Positions 38,907 through 48,641 are shown, counted from the first letter of the stretch. The stretch: 64,000 nt of DNA from Candidatus Thorarchaeota archaeon (GCA_046482545.1 JAWOEX010000024.1:32001-96000), one strand, 5' to 3'. Numbers and translations are program-made. Notes: a model not told the origin generated them from the letters alone.

Positions 38907-39848
38907 TCATGGGCGGAGTATTTGCTGATTGCCATCCGTATCCATCTTGATACGCATCAAATCTTCAGCAACGATTGAGTTGGAGAATATCTCCTGAGCA
39001 TCATGTGCGACTTGTGTACTATTCTCATATCTAGGGCTATAATGAGTCAGCACCAATAGATTGACTCCTGCTTTCTTTGCAAGCTGTGCAGCTTCTGCTG
39101 CTGTCATATGACCGCGAGGGTCGGCTAAATCCGCGTGTTCTGAAGTATACATCGCTTCGGAGATGAGCACATCTGCGTTTCTTGCGGCTTCCATCAACGT
39201 ATCACAGTATCTTGTATCACCGGAATAGACAATTTTCATGGGTGGAGGTTTGGGGCCCGTGACCTCCTCTGGTTCTATAACTCGACCATCCTCCAGCTCA
39301 ATATTCTCACCAGAAGATAGCTTGCCCCATAGTATCCCCTCCGGTATTCCAAGATTTCTAGCCGTTTCGGGAATAAACGGGCCTGTAGGTCGCTGATACG
39401 TAAGAGAGTATCCGAGAGCAAATCCACGGTGATCCACTTCAAAGGCGCTAATAGACAGGTCATCAATATCCAGAACCGGACCATCTTCGATTCCGTACAC
39501 AGTTGTTTCGAACGTTGTTCCTAGATGTATTGTATCCTGCCATGATTTCACGTATTCAATTAATGGCGGAGGACCGTATATTTGTAGAGGTTTAATCCTG
39601 CCAAGCAATGAGAATCTGAGCAGAAGTCCCGGCAGGCCCAAGATGTGATCCGCGTGCATATGGCTTATGAAAACAGCCATCTTCTTGTTGAGTCCCAAAT
39701 TAGCCCGTTGGAATTGTCGTTGAACATCTTCTCCTGCATCAAACAGGAAAACCCACTCTTGAAACCTCACAGCGATTGCGGGAAGATTGCGACCTTCGGT
39801 TGGCATGGATCCGCCGGTTCCCAAGAAAACAATCTCAAACATGGTCAT
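38907..39848 (-). CDS. rnz: Ribonuclease Z
   Basis: 'FLGTGGSMPT..RN', 'SHMHADHILG', exosite 'GIPEG', 'YSGDT', 'THYSPRY'. Confidence 0.96.
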   Translation of the reverse strand: MTMFEIVFLGTGGSMPTEGRNLPAIAVRFQEWVFLFDAGEDVQRQFQRANLGLNKKMAVFISHMHADHILGLPGLLLRFSLLGRIKPLQIYGPPPLIEYVKSWQDTIHLGTTFETTVYGIEDGPVLDIDDLSISAFEVDHRGFALGYSLTYQRPTGPFIPETARNLGIPEGILWGKLSSGENIELEDGRVIEPEEVTGPKPPPMKIVYSGDTRYCDTLMEAARNADVLISEAMYTSEHADLADPRGHMTAAEAAQLAKKAGVNLLVLTHYSPRYENSTQVAHDAQEIFSNSIVAEDLMRIKMDTDGNQQILRP

Positions 39849-39909
39849 GGCATCCTTCGCATGGAGTCAAAACAATCTAGGTAGCCAAATATTCATTGTG
39901 ATTCTAATG

Positions 39910-41253
39910 TTACCAAGTCAAATCGAGAGGAATATCTTCAGGAGATGCGCTTCGTCTAAGCGTTCTGTACCCTACAGCATCAAAGAAATTATTGTCCCAA
40001 GCCCAAGCGCCTTTCTTGATATCATACATTGTCTCAACAGAAACACAATCCGAAATCCCGCTTTGCAGTCTATGAACAACGACGTTATCGACAAGCGAAG
40101 TAGCACGAAGTGCTAGATTTTTCATCTCGGCTGTCGACCCCTTTTTGCAGAATGACAGCAGTAATATTCGCTGCTCCGACGTCTCTAGATTCTCTATTCG
40201 TGAAATGTACGTTAAAGGCAGGTAACGAGATGCAGCAAGCAGGTCTCCTGCTGCGTCCGACATGTGAAAAATAAGCATTTCGCGTAAGGTGGGAATCCGC
40301 AATCTTGGACGGGGAAGCACAACCCGCTCGTTAAGTAGACGCAAGCGTGTGTCTACGACCGTGGTTTCCGATAGACCGGTTCTGGATGAAATTTCTGAGA
40401 CTGCCATATCATAGTATTGTAGAAGAACCTGCAGAATCTTGGGCTCAGAGTTTGCCAGCGTAACCTCATTGTCACCGACATTACGACTTGATTCACCAAA
40501 AACTAGTTCTTGACCTCCTTGCCTAAGCAGCATGCCGAAATGCAATGGTTCGATGTCCCATGATCGTTTATCCTTCGAGTAATAAGATGGGCTAAAATGA
40601 AGCGTACCTCTAGAAAGCTTATAGGCAGTGACACTTCTAGCGTCTGTACGCAACGAACGAACCATATTTAGAAAATCCGACTCCTTTTGCTTCGGTATCG
40701 TCGCAACAATGAAAACCTTCTGAGCTGATGCAGTGAATAGGAATTTGTGGAAATACGGACTTGAAGGAATGAGGTTCGGGGACTCGAGAACAATCAGGTA
40801 TCGCTGTAGTCCAAGCTTGGATGCGTTCAAGAGACCACGAACTGCATAGATGCCAGTTTCTCTAAGGCGAGACATAGCACGCCGGACCTGGTTATAGCTG
40901 AGATTGGGAATCTTCTCGCTCATCTGTTTCATAGATATGCTAGGTTTCTGGACAGCCACCGACAGGACCTGTAATTCTGGTTCTCGTAGAATCGATGCAT
41001 TCTCGCCCATAATCTCGGTAACAATAGACCAGATATCGCGTTCGGTGACAAGTTGAACACCACCAGGATTTAACACTTCTTTGAGCCGATTGATTACAGC
41101 ATCATGAAGGTTCCCCCTGTAATTCTGGACTATTTCTTGAAGCCGCATATGTTGCTCTCTCACAGTGTCACTATCTTGAGAATACTGAAAGTGCCGAATT
41201 GTATCAATGAATGCTTGGGCGTTCGGCGTGAGCTTCGGTTCTAATTCAACCAT
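39910..41253 (-). CDS. Multi-domain protein with two Lrp/AsnC-like HTH units
   Basis: HTH-like 'SMKQMSEKI..SYNQVRRAMSRLRETG' and 'AVSEISSRTGLSETTV..RLRL', each followed by a ferredoxin-like domain. Confidence 0.65.
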   Translation of the reverse strand: MVELEPKLTPNAQAFIDTIRHFQYSQDSDTVREQHMRLQEIVQNYRGNLHDAVINRLKEVLNPGGVQLVTERDIWSIVTEIMGENASILREPELQVLSVAVQKPSISMKQMSEKIPNLSYNQVRRAMSRLRETGIYAVRGLLNASKLGLQRYLIVLESPNLIPSSPYFHKFLFTASAQKVFIVATIPKQKESDFLNMVRSLRTDARSVTAYKLSRGTLHFSPSYYSKDKRSWDIEPLHFGMLLRQGGQELVFGESSRNVGDNEVTLANSEPKILQVLLQYYDMAVSEISSRTGLSETTVVDTRLRLLNERVVLPRPRLRIPTLREMLIFHMSDAAGDLLAASRYLPLTYISRIENLETSEQRILLLSFCKKGSTAEMKNLALRATSLVDNVVVHRLQSGISDCVSVETMYDIKKGAWAWDNNFFDAVGYRTLRRSASPEDIPLDLTW

Positions 41254-41326
41254 TCTTGAACACCTTAGAACTTACAGTGGATAGTCCTCAGAAAGTTGTC
41301 CTTATCGAGTCTAAAAAGCTCATGTA

Positions 41327-42085
41327 TCAAGTGGGAGCAGTACTTTCTTGCCATAGTGAATCGAAGTAAGCGTTTGCAATAGCTGCAAACACCGCATGCG
41401 AAGAATAAACACCGACAAAACTGGTTTCATCTTCTCCACCCACAATGATGATTAGCGTCTGTTCAGAATCTACAACTAGCCCAGCACCGAAAACCCGATC
41501 ACGTGTTCTTACTTCAAAGTCTCTCGGTATAGAAGGTTCAATCGCTTCATCCACATTTGCTGTTAGAATTCGTACTCGTTTTGCCTTCAGCTCGAGAACT
41601 CGTTTAACAACAGCATCGAGATTCTCAAGTGATAAATCTAGCTCCGGCAGAGATAACTTCACTTCGTCCCTCGCCTGCTCAAGCATTTCTATCGCTTTGG
41701 CAAGGATAGCTGCTCGACCATGAAGTACCCACACATCGCGCGTTGTAGCCTGTGTATCTTTCTCGAAACGCGGTTGAAGCTCTTCCACTACCCGCTCTGA
41801 ATGTTTTTCCAGACGCCGTTCCCATTCCAGTCGTACTAAGCGAACCACCTCTGTCGGGGCCTTCGCCACATAGATAGTCGGCCGCCCCCCTCGGACTTGA
41901 ATGAATCCTTTGTCTTCTAGGCGGTTCAACACATCATAGACCCTGCTGTAGGGCACATCGGAAGCCGAGCTCACTTCAGAGGCGGACATCTCACCACCAG
42001 AAACTAGAGCTACGTAAGCTTGTAGCTCATACTCAGTTAGGCCTAATTCTTTCAATGCCTTCTTCGTAGCTTCACTAACAGACAT
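41327..42085 (-). CDS. TrmB family transcriptional regulator
   Basis: 'LGLTEYELQAYVAL...ASEVS..SDVPYSRVYDVLNRLEDKG', 'GRPTIY'. Confidence 0.93.
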   Translation of the reverse strand: MSVSEATKKALKELGLTEYELQAYVALVSGGEMSASEVSSASDVPYSRVYDVLNRLEDKGFIQVRGGRPTIYVAKAPTEVVRLVRLEWERRLEKHSERVVEELQPRFEKDTQATTRDVWVLHGRAAILAKAIEMLEQARDEVKLSLPELDLSLENLDAVVKRVLELKAKRVRILTANVDEAIEPSIPRDFEVRTRDRVFGAGLVVDSEQTLIIIVGGEDETSFVGVYSSHAVFAAIANAYFDSLWQESTAPT

Positions 42086-42121
42086 ATACCACCACTATGA
42101 ATGGTAATATTATTTAGGTAT

Positions 42122-42685
42122 TTAAGTTGTGTACCAATCCAAGAATTGAGTGAAAGCCCGCGTGCGGTGAGAAATTTTCACTTTTTGTGAAAAGCCAAGC
42201 TGGGCGTATGTGCGCTCGAAACCTTCTGGTATGAAAATTGGGTCATATCCGAATCCTCTGCCTCCAGCTTCCTTTGTCCCTATTCTACCCTCCATAACAC
42301 CTTTGAAGGTCTTGGTCTGCTCCCCGTTATAATATCCAACACAAGTAACGAATCGTGCGTTTCTGTTGGTAGTGTCTTCCATGAGCTTCAGGATGCCCGC
42401 GGTGCCAACTGTATCAAAGACAAAAGCCGCATAAGCACCGGGAAAGCCGTTGAGATAATCGATATAGAATCCCGTATCATCCAAGACTACTGGACACTTG
42501 AGAGAATCATATGCAAATTTTGCAGCTTTCCTCGCAATGACTTCCACACTTTGCGAGCGAACTTCCTTTTTTTCTAATGAGGATGTTTCAAACTCAACAT
42601 CATACCGCCCGAATAATGGGATGAGTTCTTTCAGTTTATGTTCATTCTGCGTAACCAGTACGAGTCGTTGATTATTCCTTGGCAT
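42122..42685 (-). CDS. Non-canonical purine NTP pyrophosphatase (RdgB/HAM1)
   Basis: 'TQNEHKLKE', 'DDTGF', 'GFPG', 'GFGYDPIF', 'SHR'. Confidence 0.95.
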   Translation of the reverse strand: MPRNNQRLVLVTQNEHKLKELIPLFGRYDVEFETSSLEKKEVRSQSVEVIARKAAKFAYDSLKCPVVLDDTGFYIDYLNGFPGAYAAFVFDTVGTAGILKLMEDTTNRNARFVTCVGYYNGEQTKTFKGVMEGRIGTKEAGGRGFGYDPIFIPEGFERTYAQLGFSQKVKISHRTRAFTQFLDWYTT

Positions 42686-43796
42686 AGGAAAGTACTTGCT
42701 TCAATATACTGTAAGAGTCTTTGGTCTTGTCCAAATCGAACATACCCGTGGAATTCCAAAGAATGATATGCTGCAGACCTTGCTTCTGGTACTCCTCAAG
42801 AGCTGATATTATGTCTTCAGCAGAACCATGTAGATAGAACTCTTTGAGAATTTCGAGCGGTACTTGCTCAATGGCCTTCAGTGTAGTTTCGCGGTCAAGT
42901 TTTTGGGGAATGTAGTCACGCAGAGAGTAGAAATCATCTCCTAAGGGATGTGAAAAGCTGTGTTTTTGCCACTCCGAAGCGGGGTAGAGAAGAGTGAAAG
43001 CCTTGGCAAGTGGAGTGTCCATCATCTCTTCGCAAACCGATGGCTCGTCATCCAAGATGCACCAACTCCACAACGCAGGTGTGAAATCTCCCTGCTTGTC
43101 GATGCGATCCCTATGATTCTCGATTATCTTCAAGCGTTCTCCATACTGCTTAGGTTTGAGCAGTGTAGGTATCCATCCATCAGCAAACTCAGCAGTTATC
43201 TCTAGCATCTTCGGTCCATGCGCCCCAATCCAAATCGGAGGTGGATGACCCTCTCTCGCAGGTCTCAGAGACATCACTGCATTCTTCAGCTTCCAGAAGT
43301 GGCCATCGAAGGAGATAGGCTCATGTGTTTCCCAAATCATATGGATTATCATCAGGGCTTCTCGGAGCTTGCCAACCTGAGCTGAATACGACAGGCCATA
43401 CGGCTCGATATTCTCAATCTCTCCTGCCCCGAGTCCCATGATGGTGCGACCTTGGCTAATATGATCCAATGTCAAGAACGTCTGAGCAAGCAGAAAGGGG
43501 TGCCTTCGGATGGGTTCGGTCACTGCAGAGATTAATTTGACTCTTTCAGTCACTACCGCACAGGCAGACATTATGCTACTAAGCTCGAAGTAGGTGTGCG
43601 GGGATTGTTGAATGAGTGCCAACGGGGTTATATCAGGTGTCCATATGCTGTCAGGGACAAAGCCCGCAAAATGGTCCGGAAACGCCATACTATCATAGCC
43701 TAATGAGTCAATTAAGCGGGCATTTTTCTTCACGTTACTCCATGGTGGAAGAAATGGGCCCGGGGCGCCTATCTCCAAGTTGGAAAGAGATCTCAT
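42672..43796 (-). CDS. LLM-class flavin/F420-dependent oxidoreductase
   Basis: 'GYDSMAFPDH', 'TLDHISQGR..MGLGAG', 'PPIWIGAHGPKML...ADGW'. Confidence 0.9.
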   Translation of the reverse strand: MRSLSNLEIGAPGPFLPPWSNVKKNARLIDSLGYDSMAFPDHFAGFVPDSIWTPDITPLALIQQSPHTYFELSSIMSACAVVTERVKLISAVTEPIRRHPFLLAQTFLTLDHISQGRTIMGLGAGEIENIEPYGLSYSAQVGKLREALMIIHMIWETHEPISFDGHFWKLKNAVMSLRPAREGHPPPIWIGAHGPKMLEITAEFADGWIPTLLKPKQYGERLKIIENHRDRIDKQGDFTPALWSWCILDDEPSVCEEMMDTPLAKAFTLLYPASEWQKHSFSHPLGDDFYSLRDYIPQKLDRETTLKAIEQVPLEILKEFYLHGSAEDIISALEEYQKQGLQHIILWNSTGMFDLDKTKDSYSILKQVLSYAKE

Positions 43797-44990
43797 TTAC
43801 GCACTCCTCTCTGCGAATCGTATAAGGAGATTCTTTACTTTATCAAAATCGGCCAACCGCATGAATTCGTCAACCCCATGGAAGTTGCAATCTCGAGCTA
43901 TTACACCATAGCAAACAGTAGGTATGCCAACCTTGCTGAAGTATGTTCCGTCATTTCCACCGAGTTCTCCACACAGTGTGATATCCGGACTTACTACGGC
44001 TTTGGCCGCATCATGGAAAGCGGTAACCAAGAAGTGTTGCGGGTCTGTACACCATCCGTCAATTTGGTGCTCGATTTCCAGACTTGCGTCGACAAAGGTT
44101 TCTTCCTTGACTAATTCGAAAAAGCTCCGGAATTCGGCGATGATTTCATCAGCACTTTCTTCGGGGATCAAACGAAGATCGAAGTGAACCTCCGCCTTGC
44201 CGGGGATTATGTTGGTCTTTGTTCCGGCATGATACATAGTAATGCTGAATCGGCCCCAGAGATTCCGGTGGGGCGAACCTGGCGGAGCGGGAACCATGGA
44301 CTCCACATTCTGCCTTGTATCAGAAAATCGCATTATCCCATCTAGGAATGGTAGTGAAAGGTGTATAGCATTTCTAAACATGAAAGGGTAACCGGCATGG
44401 CCTTGCTTACCTTTGATGGTAATTCCTCCAGCGACTACCCCACTTGCACCTATACTGACAAATTCTGGTCCACTATCCACGACCACCGCAAAATCGCCAC
44501 GAATTTTTGGTGGCCCGTTGATTATGTAGTCAATACCAAGCTCACCTCCGACTTCTTCATTTGGTGAGACAAGTATCTTCAGATTCACTTTAGAAGTCCC
44601 TTTCTCGACGAGTTCTTTTGCAGCACTGACAGCAGCGACAACATTGCCCTTATCATCGCTAACACCTCTACCGTATGCCTTGTCTTTTTCAATGGTCAGA
44701 GTAAAGGGGTCCCTTATCCATTCGTCCAAATCTCCAGCCGGTACAATGTCATAATGTGTGCATAACAGTACAGTCTGTTCAGCGCCTGCATCCATGGTGG
44801 CAACGATATTTGGTTGAGATATTCCACCTCCCTCAGAATCGAATACTTCCACTTCTAGTCCCGCATCTTTACAGTAATCCATCAATACTTCTGCACACTG
44901 AGGGTAGTTTACTTTCTCAATACTGTTAGTATCTAGTTCAACCAGCTGCCGGAGAAACTCAGTTTCCCACTGATTCATGTGTCTTGTCAA
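43797..44990 (-). CDS. M20/ArgE/DapE family metallo-hydrolase
   Basis: 'HYDIVP', 'GRGVSDDKG', 'EEVG', 'HAG', 'NIIP', 'HGVDE'. Confidence 0.93.
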   Translation of the reverse strand: MTRHMNQWETEFLRQLVELDTNSIEKVNYPQCAEVLMDYCKDAGLEVEVFDSEGGGISQPNIVATMDAGAEQTVLLCTHYDIVPAGDLDEWIRDPFTLTIEKDKAYGRGVSDDKGNVVAAVSAAKELVEKGTSKVNLKILVSPNEEVGGELGIDYIINGPPKIRGDFAVVVDSGPEFVSIGASGVVAGGITIKGKQGHAGYPFMFRNAIHLSLPFLDGIMRFSDTRQNVESMVPAPPGSPHRNLWGRFSITMYHAGTKTNIIPGKAEVHFDLRLIPEESADEIIAEFRSFFELVKEETFVDASLEIEHQIDGWCTDPQHFLVTAFHDAAKAVVSPDITLCGELGGNDGTYFSKVGIPTVCYGVIARDCNFHGVDEFMRLADFDKVKNLLIRFAERSA

Positions 44991-45130
44991 CCCTGTGAAT
45001 GGTGCATCTTATAGCAAATTGGCATAAATTACTTGTGAGAGAAGGTCGTGAAGGGAATTGTTCATATATTCTTCCAACATCGGTTGCACGAAAAGGGGCC
45101 GAAGGTCTCAAACACAGAATGGGAATTTGA

Positions 45131-45754
45131 ATGTCTGAAGCGGTGGTTTACTATATTGTCAAGGGCAGACTCATTCGCATGCCCAGAAAAGGAGCATTCG
45201 GAAAGAGTGATTGTTACTTGGTAGATGCAGGTGAAGAATTGTATCTTTGGGTAGGCTCTGAACAGGAGACAGAAGAACATACACTAGCTCAGGCAGCGGA
45301 AGTACTCAAACAGATGAAAGAGAAAGATATCGAACTACTTCGTCTTCCAGCCGGACACGAACCTCGAGAATTCCGAGATCTTTTTCCAGCCTTTCGCGTA
45401 ACTACAGAAAGTGCAGAGAGGTTCGTACAAGAAGTAGCTACTAGGCGGCATGAACACAGGCTCTGGATGGTGCACAAGATAGAAGGTGAAGTCTGGTTTC
45501 GCGAAGTACCCGCACACGAAGATTCGCTCGAAAGCGATAGCGTTTTTGTTCTTGATACGTGGGAGAAATTCTACATCTGGAGAGGAAAAGATGCAGATAC
45601 AGCCGACTTGGATCCAATGGTCATAGTTAGAGGCTATGATGCCCGTAGAATTGGACCGCGGGACGTCTCCGTAGTGGATGAAGGTGAAGAATCAGAGGGT
45701 TTCAAGCAGGATCTCATTACAGATCAAGAAGAAAAGCTCTATTCCAACATGTAA
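45131..45754 (+). CDS. Two-domain gelsolin-like protein (Asgard 2DGel-type actin regulator)
   Basis: Two gelsolin repeats: 'SDCYLVDAGEELYLWVG...GHEPREFRDLF' and 'SLESDSVFVLDTWEKFYIWRGK...VDEGEESEGF'. Confidence 0.88.
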   Translation: MSEAVVYYIVKGRLIRMPRKGAFGKSDCYLVDAGEELYLWVGSEQETEEHTLAQAAEVLKQMKEKDIELLRLPAGHEPREFRDLFPAFRVTTESAERFVQEVATRRHEHRLWMVHKIEGEVWFREVPAHEDSLESDSVFVLDTWEKFYIWRGKDADTADLDPMVIVRGYDARRIGPRDVSVVDEGEESEGFKQDLITDQEEKLYSNM

Positions 45755-45758
45755 ATCG

Positions 45759-47213
45759 TTATACCAATCTGTAATGGCCGGACCGTGGTTCATAAGCCGC
45801 AGCGTCCTTTTTCATTTCCTCAAGCGTTCTTGCAGCGACTTGAAGTTCTACCTCAGCTTCATCAGCAATCTCTTGCAAAGTGGGCCCTAGCGAGTTCGCC
45901 TTACCAGTATCAAGACTTCGTAATGCACGGTGTACCTTGGTATTATAGCGATGTAGCGGACGGCCTTTACCCCAATCGGCCTCCGCACCCTCTCTAAGTG
46001 CAGCAATCTCAGCGAATTCCTTCAGAGCGGGTTCCAGTATATTGTCCCATGCCCGCTTCAAATCCTTAGCGGTTACTTTTGTGTCCCAGTCGGCCCGGGC
46101 CGTAGACCGCGCTAATCGTATTGTACTCAGAGGTCGCCCCATCCGGTCAGCATCTAGTAGATGACCCCGTCCCAGAACCGATTTTTCAAAGCCGAAACTA
46201 TCTCTCAACAGCTGTAATCGGGAAACTACATGTTCTGTAGCAGACTCTATGGCTCTCTCAGAAATTTGGGGCGTCAAAAGCTGGTAGGTTATAGATGATT
46301 TCAGAATTGGGAGGCTCAAAGCCTCCGCATTACTACTTTCAACCCAGAAGTCCTCCGTTGCCAATGCCAATGGGACATCAGGGAGTGCTGCAGTTTCGCT
46401 ATCGGTGAGTGCTCCCATCGACACTTCGCGGAACCCGGAAGGGTCAATCCGTTCGACACAGAGCTTTCTAATTTTGGATTTATTCGTCTTTCCTACATCA
46501 AGACGCCAGCGTCTAGGAGTAGTTACCTGCAGTCCACGGACATTCCTGTTAACAGGCCAATTTCCTCGAAGAGTGGGTGGAACAGCCTTTTTCATGAATG
46601 AGAATAGGCGGCGCACCTGTTTCTTGGATGCGATGGCTTGGATACCTGTGGCTAAACCCCCCACAGCATCCTGAAATGGCGGACTTGATACGAAAAGACG
46701 AGCGAAAACTCGCTTACTGGCTTCAGCCATACCCACATCCTTGAACAGCAACCCAGAAAGGTCCTTGAGTGACATCGGTGGCTGAATCTCCGAAAGAAAA
46801 TCGAAGTCGACTGTCTCCAAAGCCTCAGCTGAAATCGCCCTCACAGTCTCATCTGACTGCTGTAGGACCGAAGGAACGGCTATGTTCCTGCCTTCCACCT
46901 CTACTATGGCTCCGTCTGGAGGCTGTGTTTGATTCTCGTGGAGATATACAAAAACACCCCCAAGCATGTAAGGACTTGGAGAAAGCAGGAAAACCGAATC
47001 ATTGGCGGTATGCCGTACGAATCCCTTGTATCTCCTCCGGCGACTGCTGACCTTTTGGCTGAATTCCCTGTGGAATCTGTGCTCCCATGCAGTGAGCTGC
47101 GAACCGAATTCTCTATCGAATATATCAGCTGCTGTTGAGACATCAGCCAATCTATCACGCGGCTTTCCGTAATCCTCTATCAGGTCAATCGGTTCCAGAA
47201 TGACCACCTTCAT
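45759..47213 (-). CDS. MCM-derived protein with degenerate ATPase core (OB, AAA lid, winged helix)
   Basis: MCM-like segments 'PDGAIVEVEG', 'TPQISERAIE', lid 'RPLSTIRLARSTARA...VTAKDLKRA', C-terminal WH 'YEPRSGHYRLV'; no Walker A/B. Probable start 47213. Confidence 0.65.
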   Translation of the reverse strand: MKVVILEPIDLIEDYGKPRDRLADVSTAADIFDREFGSQLTAWEHRFHREFSQKVSSRRRRYKGFVRHTANDSVFLLSPSPYMLGGVFVYLHENQTQPPDGAIVEVEGRNIAVPSVLQQSDETVRAISAEALETVDFDFLSEIQPPMSLKDLSGLLFKDVGMAEASKRVFARLFVSSPPFQDAVGGLATGIQAIASKKQVRRLFSFMKKAVPPTLRGNWPVNRNVRGLQVTTPRRWRLDVGKTNKSKIRKLCVERIDPSGFREVSMGALTDSETAALPDVPLALATEDFWVESSNAEALSLPILKSSITYQLLTPQISERAIESATEHVVSRLQLLRDSFGFEKSVLGRGHLLDADRMGRPLSTIRLARSTARADWDTKVTAKDLKRAWDNILEPALKEFAEIAALREGAEADWGKGRPLHRYNTKVHRALRSLDTGKANSLGPTLQEIADEAEVELQVAARTLEEMKKDAAAYEPRSGHYRLV

Positions 47214-48186
47214 ATCGCTTGTTTGTATTTTGATTCTCGCGCTGCGCATAAACTTCATAGGCTTTGGGATATTTTTCGGCCAACTCTTCTATTGATGGAA
47301 GCCTGTCTTTGTAAGGCTTATACAGCTCGCCTAAATCTCTACGAGAAAGTTCGGACTGGATAATCGGTTGCAGTTCATCATTGATTTCATAGCCAAGATA
47401 ATGGCGGTAACCTGTCTTGCATGCAGCTGCAGTGGTTCCATTTCCCATGAACGGGTCTAGGACTAGGTCCCCAGGCCGAGAAGAGTAGTCGACGCATCTC
47501 ATAACCACTTCTAAAGGCAAGCGAGTTCCGTTCTTGGCGCAACCAGCACGATACTGCCGGTTCATATTCCAGACATCAAGTGGATAATGCTGAATTTTAT
47601 TGAAGAAGTATGATTGTGGGTACTTCACGAAAAGAAGTACATGATAGTGGCTAGTAACGAACTTTTTGCGGGTGAAGACACCGAATGGATATTTCCAGAT
47701 GACATGATTGAGAATCGAAAGGCCCGCTAGGCGTCCTCCCCTAAGAATGGATTCTAGGTTGCTCCAACCACTGAACACGTATGCCGAACCATGCTTTTTC
47801 AGGAGGCGTGGTATCTCAGCCATCCAGTGCCTCGTGAAATCCATATATGAACCATTAATTTCCTCGTAACCATCTACCACATGTTCTTGATTTCGATTGT
47901 AGACACTGCTTTTCCCGTCAAATTCTATCCCAAAAGGCGGATCAGCGATTACCAAATCTGTGCACCCATCTGGGAGTTTGCTCATCGCCTTGACACAATC
48001 TTGGTAGTGTATCCTGTCACAAATGTCTGATGGAATCTCTTCGGCTTTTTGTTGGTATAGGTTTCTCGCTTCATCCACAGTCCAGTCATAGGTCGGTTCG
48101 AAATAGAATTCGGCAAGATTTGGAACATAGCCTGAGCTACTTGCGTCAGAACTACTGCTATCATTGTTGCCATCGTTTACAGTCAT
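47185..48186 (-). CDS. Beta-class N4-cytosine/N6-adenine DNA methyltransferase (orphan)
   Basis: Motif IV 'ADPPF' precedes motif I 'DPFMGNGTT' and 'GYEI'. Confidence 0.93.
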   Translation of the reverse strand: MTVNDGNNDSSSSDASSSGYVPNLAEFYFEPTYDWTVDEARNLYQQKAEEIPSDICDRIHYQDCVKAMSKLPDGCTDLVIADPPFGIEFDGKSSVYNRNQEHVVDGYEEINGSYMDFTRHWMAEIPRLLKKHGSAYVFSGWSNLESILRGGRLAGLSILNHVIWKYPFGVFTRKKFVTSHYHVLLFVKYPQSYFFNKIQHYPLDVWNMNRQYRAGCAKNGTRLPLEVVMRCVDYSSRPGDLVLDPFMGNGTTAAACKTGYRHYLGYEINDELQPIIQSELSRRDLGELYKPYKDRLPSIEELAEKYPKAYEVYAQRENQNTNKRYEGGHSGTD

Positions 48187-48248
48187 ATTCCAAGCCGCTA
48201 AGACTATCTTCGTACTTTCTCTTTAAAATATACGCAGGTATTCCAAAA

Positions 48249-48641
48249 TTAGGTATGTTTCCAGTGTGCCTTCAGATTGTCCACTCTTGTACGAAGGGGT
48301 GGGACGTAAGGATAAACTATGTACAGAATGGCAACAAGGCACCAAACAATCCACAATCCCCCGTAAATGAAAACGGTATAAACGAAAGCATCAAGGGGAC
48401 TAAGCGGACTTACCATAGGAGTCCACGAACCGAAATCCCTTGGTATGGGGAAAAGCACCATATTGGGTCTAGGCCAGAAGAACCCATTGAGCGGGTCGCC
48501 CATTATCATCCTTCCAAACCATACCATACCAATTAAGTCAAGCAACAAAGCTACGACTATGAGTCGCCGAACCTTGGCCAAACGGCTTAGCCCGTTCTTA
48601 GATGAAAGCCACGCATTTTGAGGGTCAGAATCGTCAGCCAA
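48249..48641 (-). CDS. Hypothetical membrane protein (2 TM)
   Basis: 130 aa, two hydrophobic helices separated by a Pro-rich loop. Confidence 0.6.
   Translation of the reverse strand: MADDSDPQNAWLSSKNGLSRLAKVRRLIVVALLLDLIGMVWFGRMIMGDPLNGFFWPRPNMVLFPIPRDFGSWTPMVSPLSPLDAFVYTVFIYGGLWIVWCLVAILYIVYPYVPPLRTRVDNLKAHWKHT

Noticed and set aside
45759-48186. BREX or restriction-modification defence locus
   Set aside because: No PglZ, BrxC, Lon domain or nuclease; the MTase is small and beta-class.
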